Shown: piece after piece, positions 63,777 to 64,000 of the stretch
How positions within the stretch are numbered: position 1 is the stretch's first letter
Layout: the number at the start of each line of letters is the position of its first letter
Assembly: GCA_964016885.1 (NCBI GenBank)
Contig: OZ024748.1
Span: 21,700,001-21,764,000 of the forward strand
Length of the DNA stretch: 64,000 bases
Direction of reading: 5' to 3'
From: Eledone cirrhosa
Taxonomy: Eukaryota
The notes under the pieces: generated by a model
Database searches by the model: none
Seen by the model: only the letters and a program-made list of their open reading frames with translations
Told to the model about the DNA's origin: nothing
Made by a program: the position numbers and the translations under genes

Positions 63777-64000
63777 GGGGGGGGGTACTTCCTTATATGG
63801 GAAAATTGTAGTTGTCAAGAGGATTGGTTAAAATTTGTTGTAAACACAAATAAGTTTATCATGGCATTTGATGGGAGGTAGGGGTGGCTGAACTTGCCTG
63901 TAGTGAGTGGAGCAGTCAAGCGTTGAAAGTGATATGTATACAGCAGAATAGTGTATGAAGTGGAGGAGGGAGGTTATAAAATAGGTAAATCGAATGAGAG

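Overview
AT-rich, repeat-dense animal genomic DNA. The repeat landscape (RTE/CR1 LINE fragments, tRNA-derived SINEs, (TA)n/(CA)n tracts) suggests an octopus-like cephalopod; this is inferred, not proven. Two convergent spliced genes were assembled by hand. (+) The last 7 coding exons of a USP31/USP43-type deubiquitinase (44..11104). (-) A complete, phase-consistent 33-coding-exon gene (57266..12441, 8730 nt, about 2909 aa) for a NO VEIN/sacsin-like protein: three N-terminal LOTUS/OST-HTH-like domains, a GHKL ATPase, a disordered NLS-bearing linker and a C-terminal DUF3883 PD-(D/E)xK nuclease-like domain; one intron is GC-AG. Introns hold a decayed piggyBac element with 8 related MITEs, LINE/SINE fragments and several SINE-derived minisatellites. 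The most striking non-coding signal is about 9 type I hammerhead-ribozyme motifs from about 7 different families. They lie next to (TA)n tracts, often inside long inverted repeats (Penelope-like element remnants), with a hotspot at 61.1-63.8 kb. No database searches were run.
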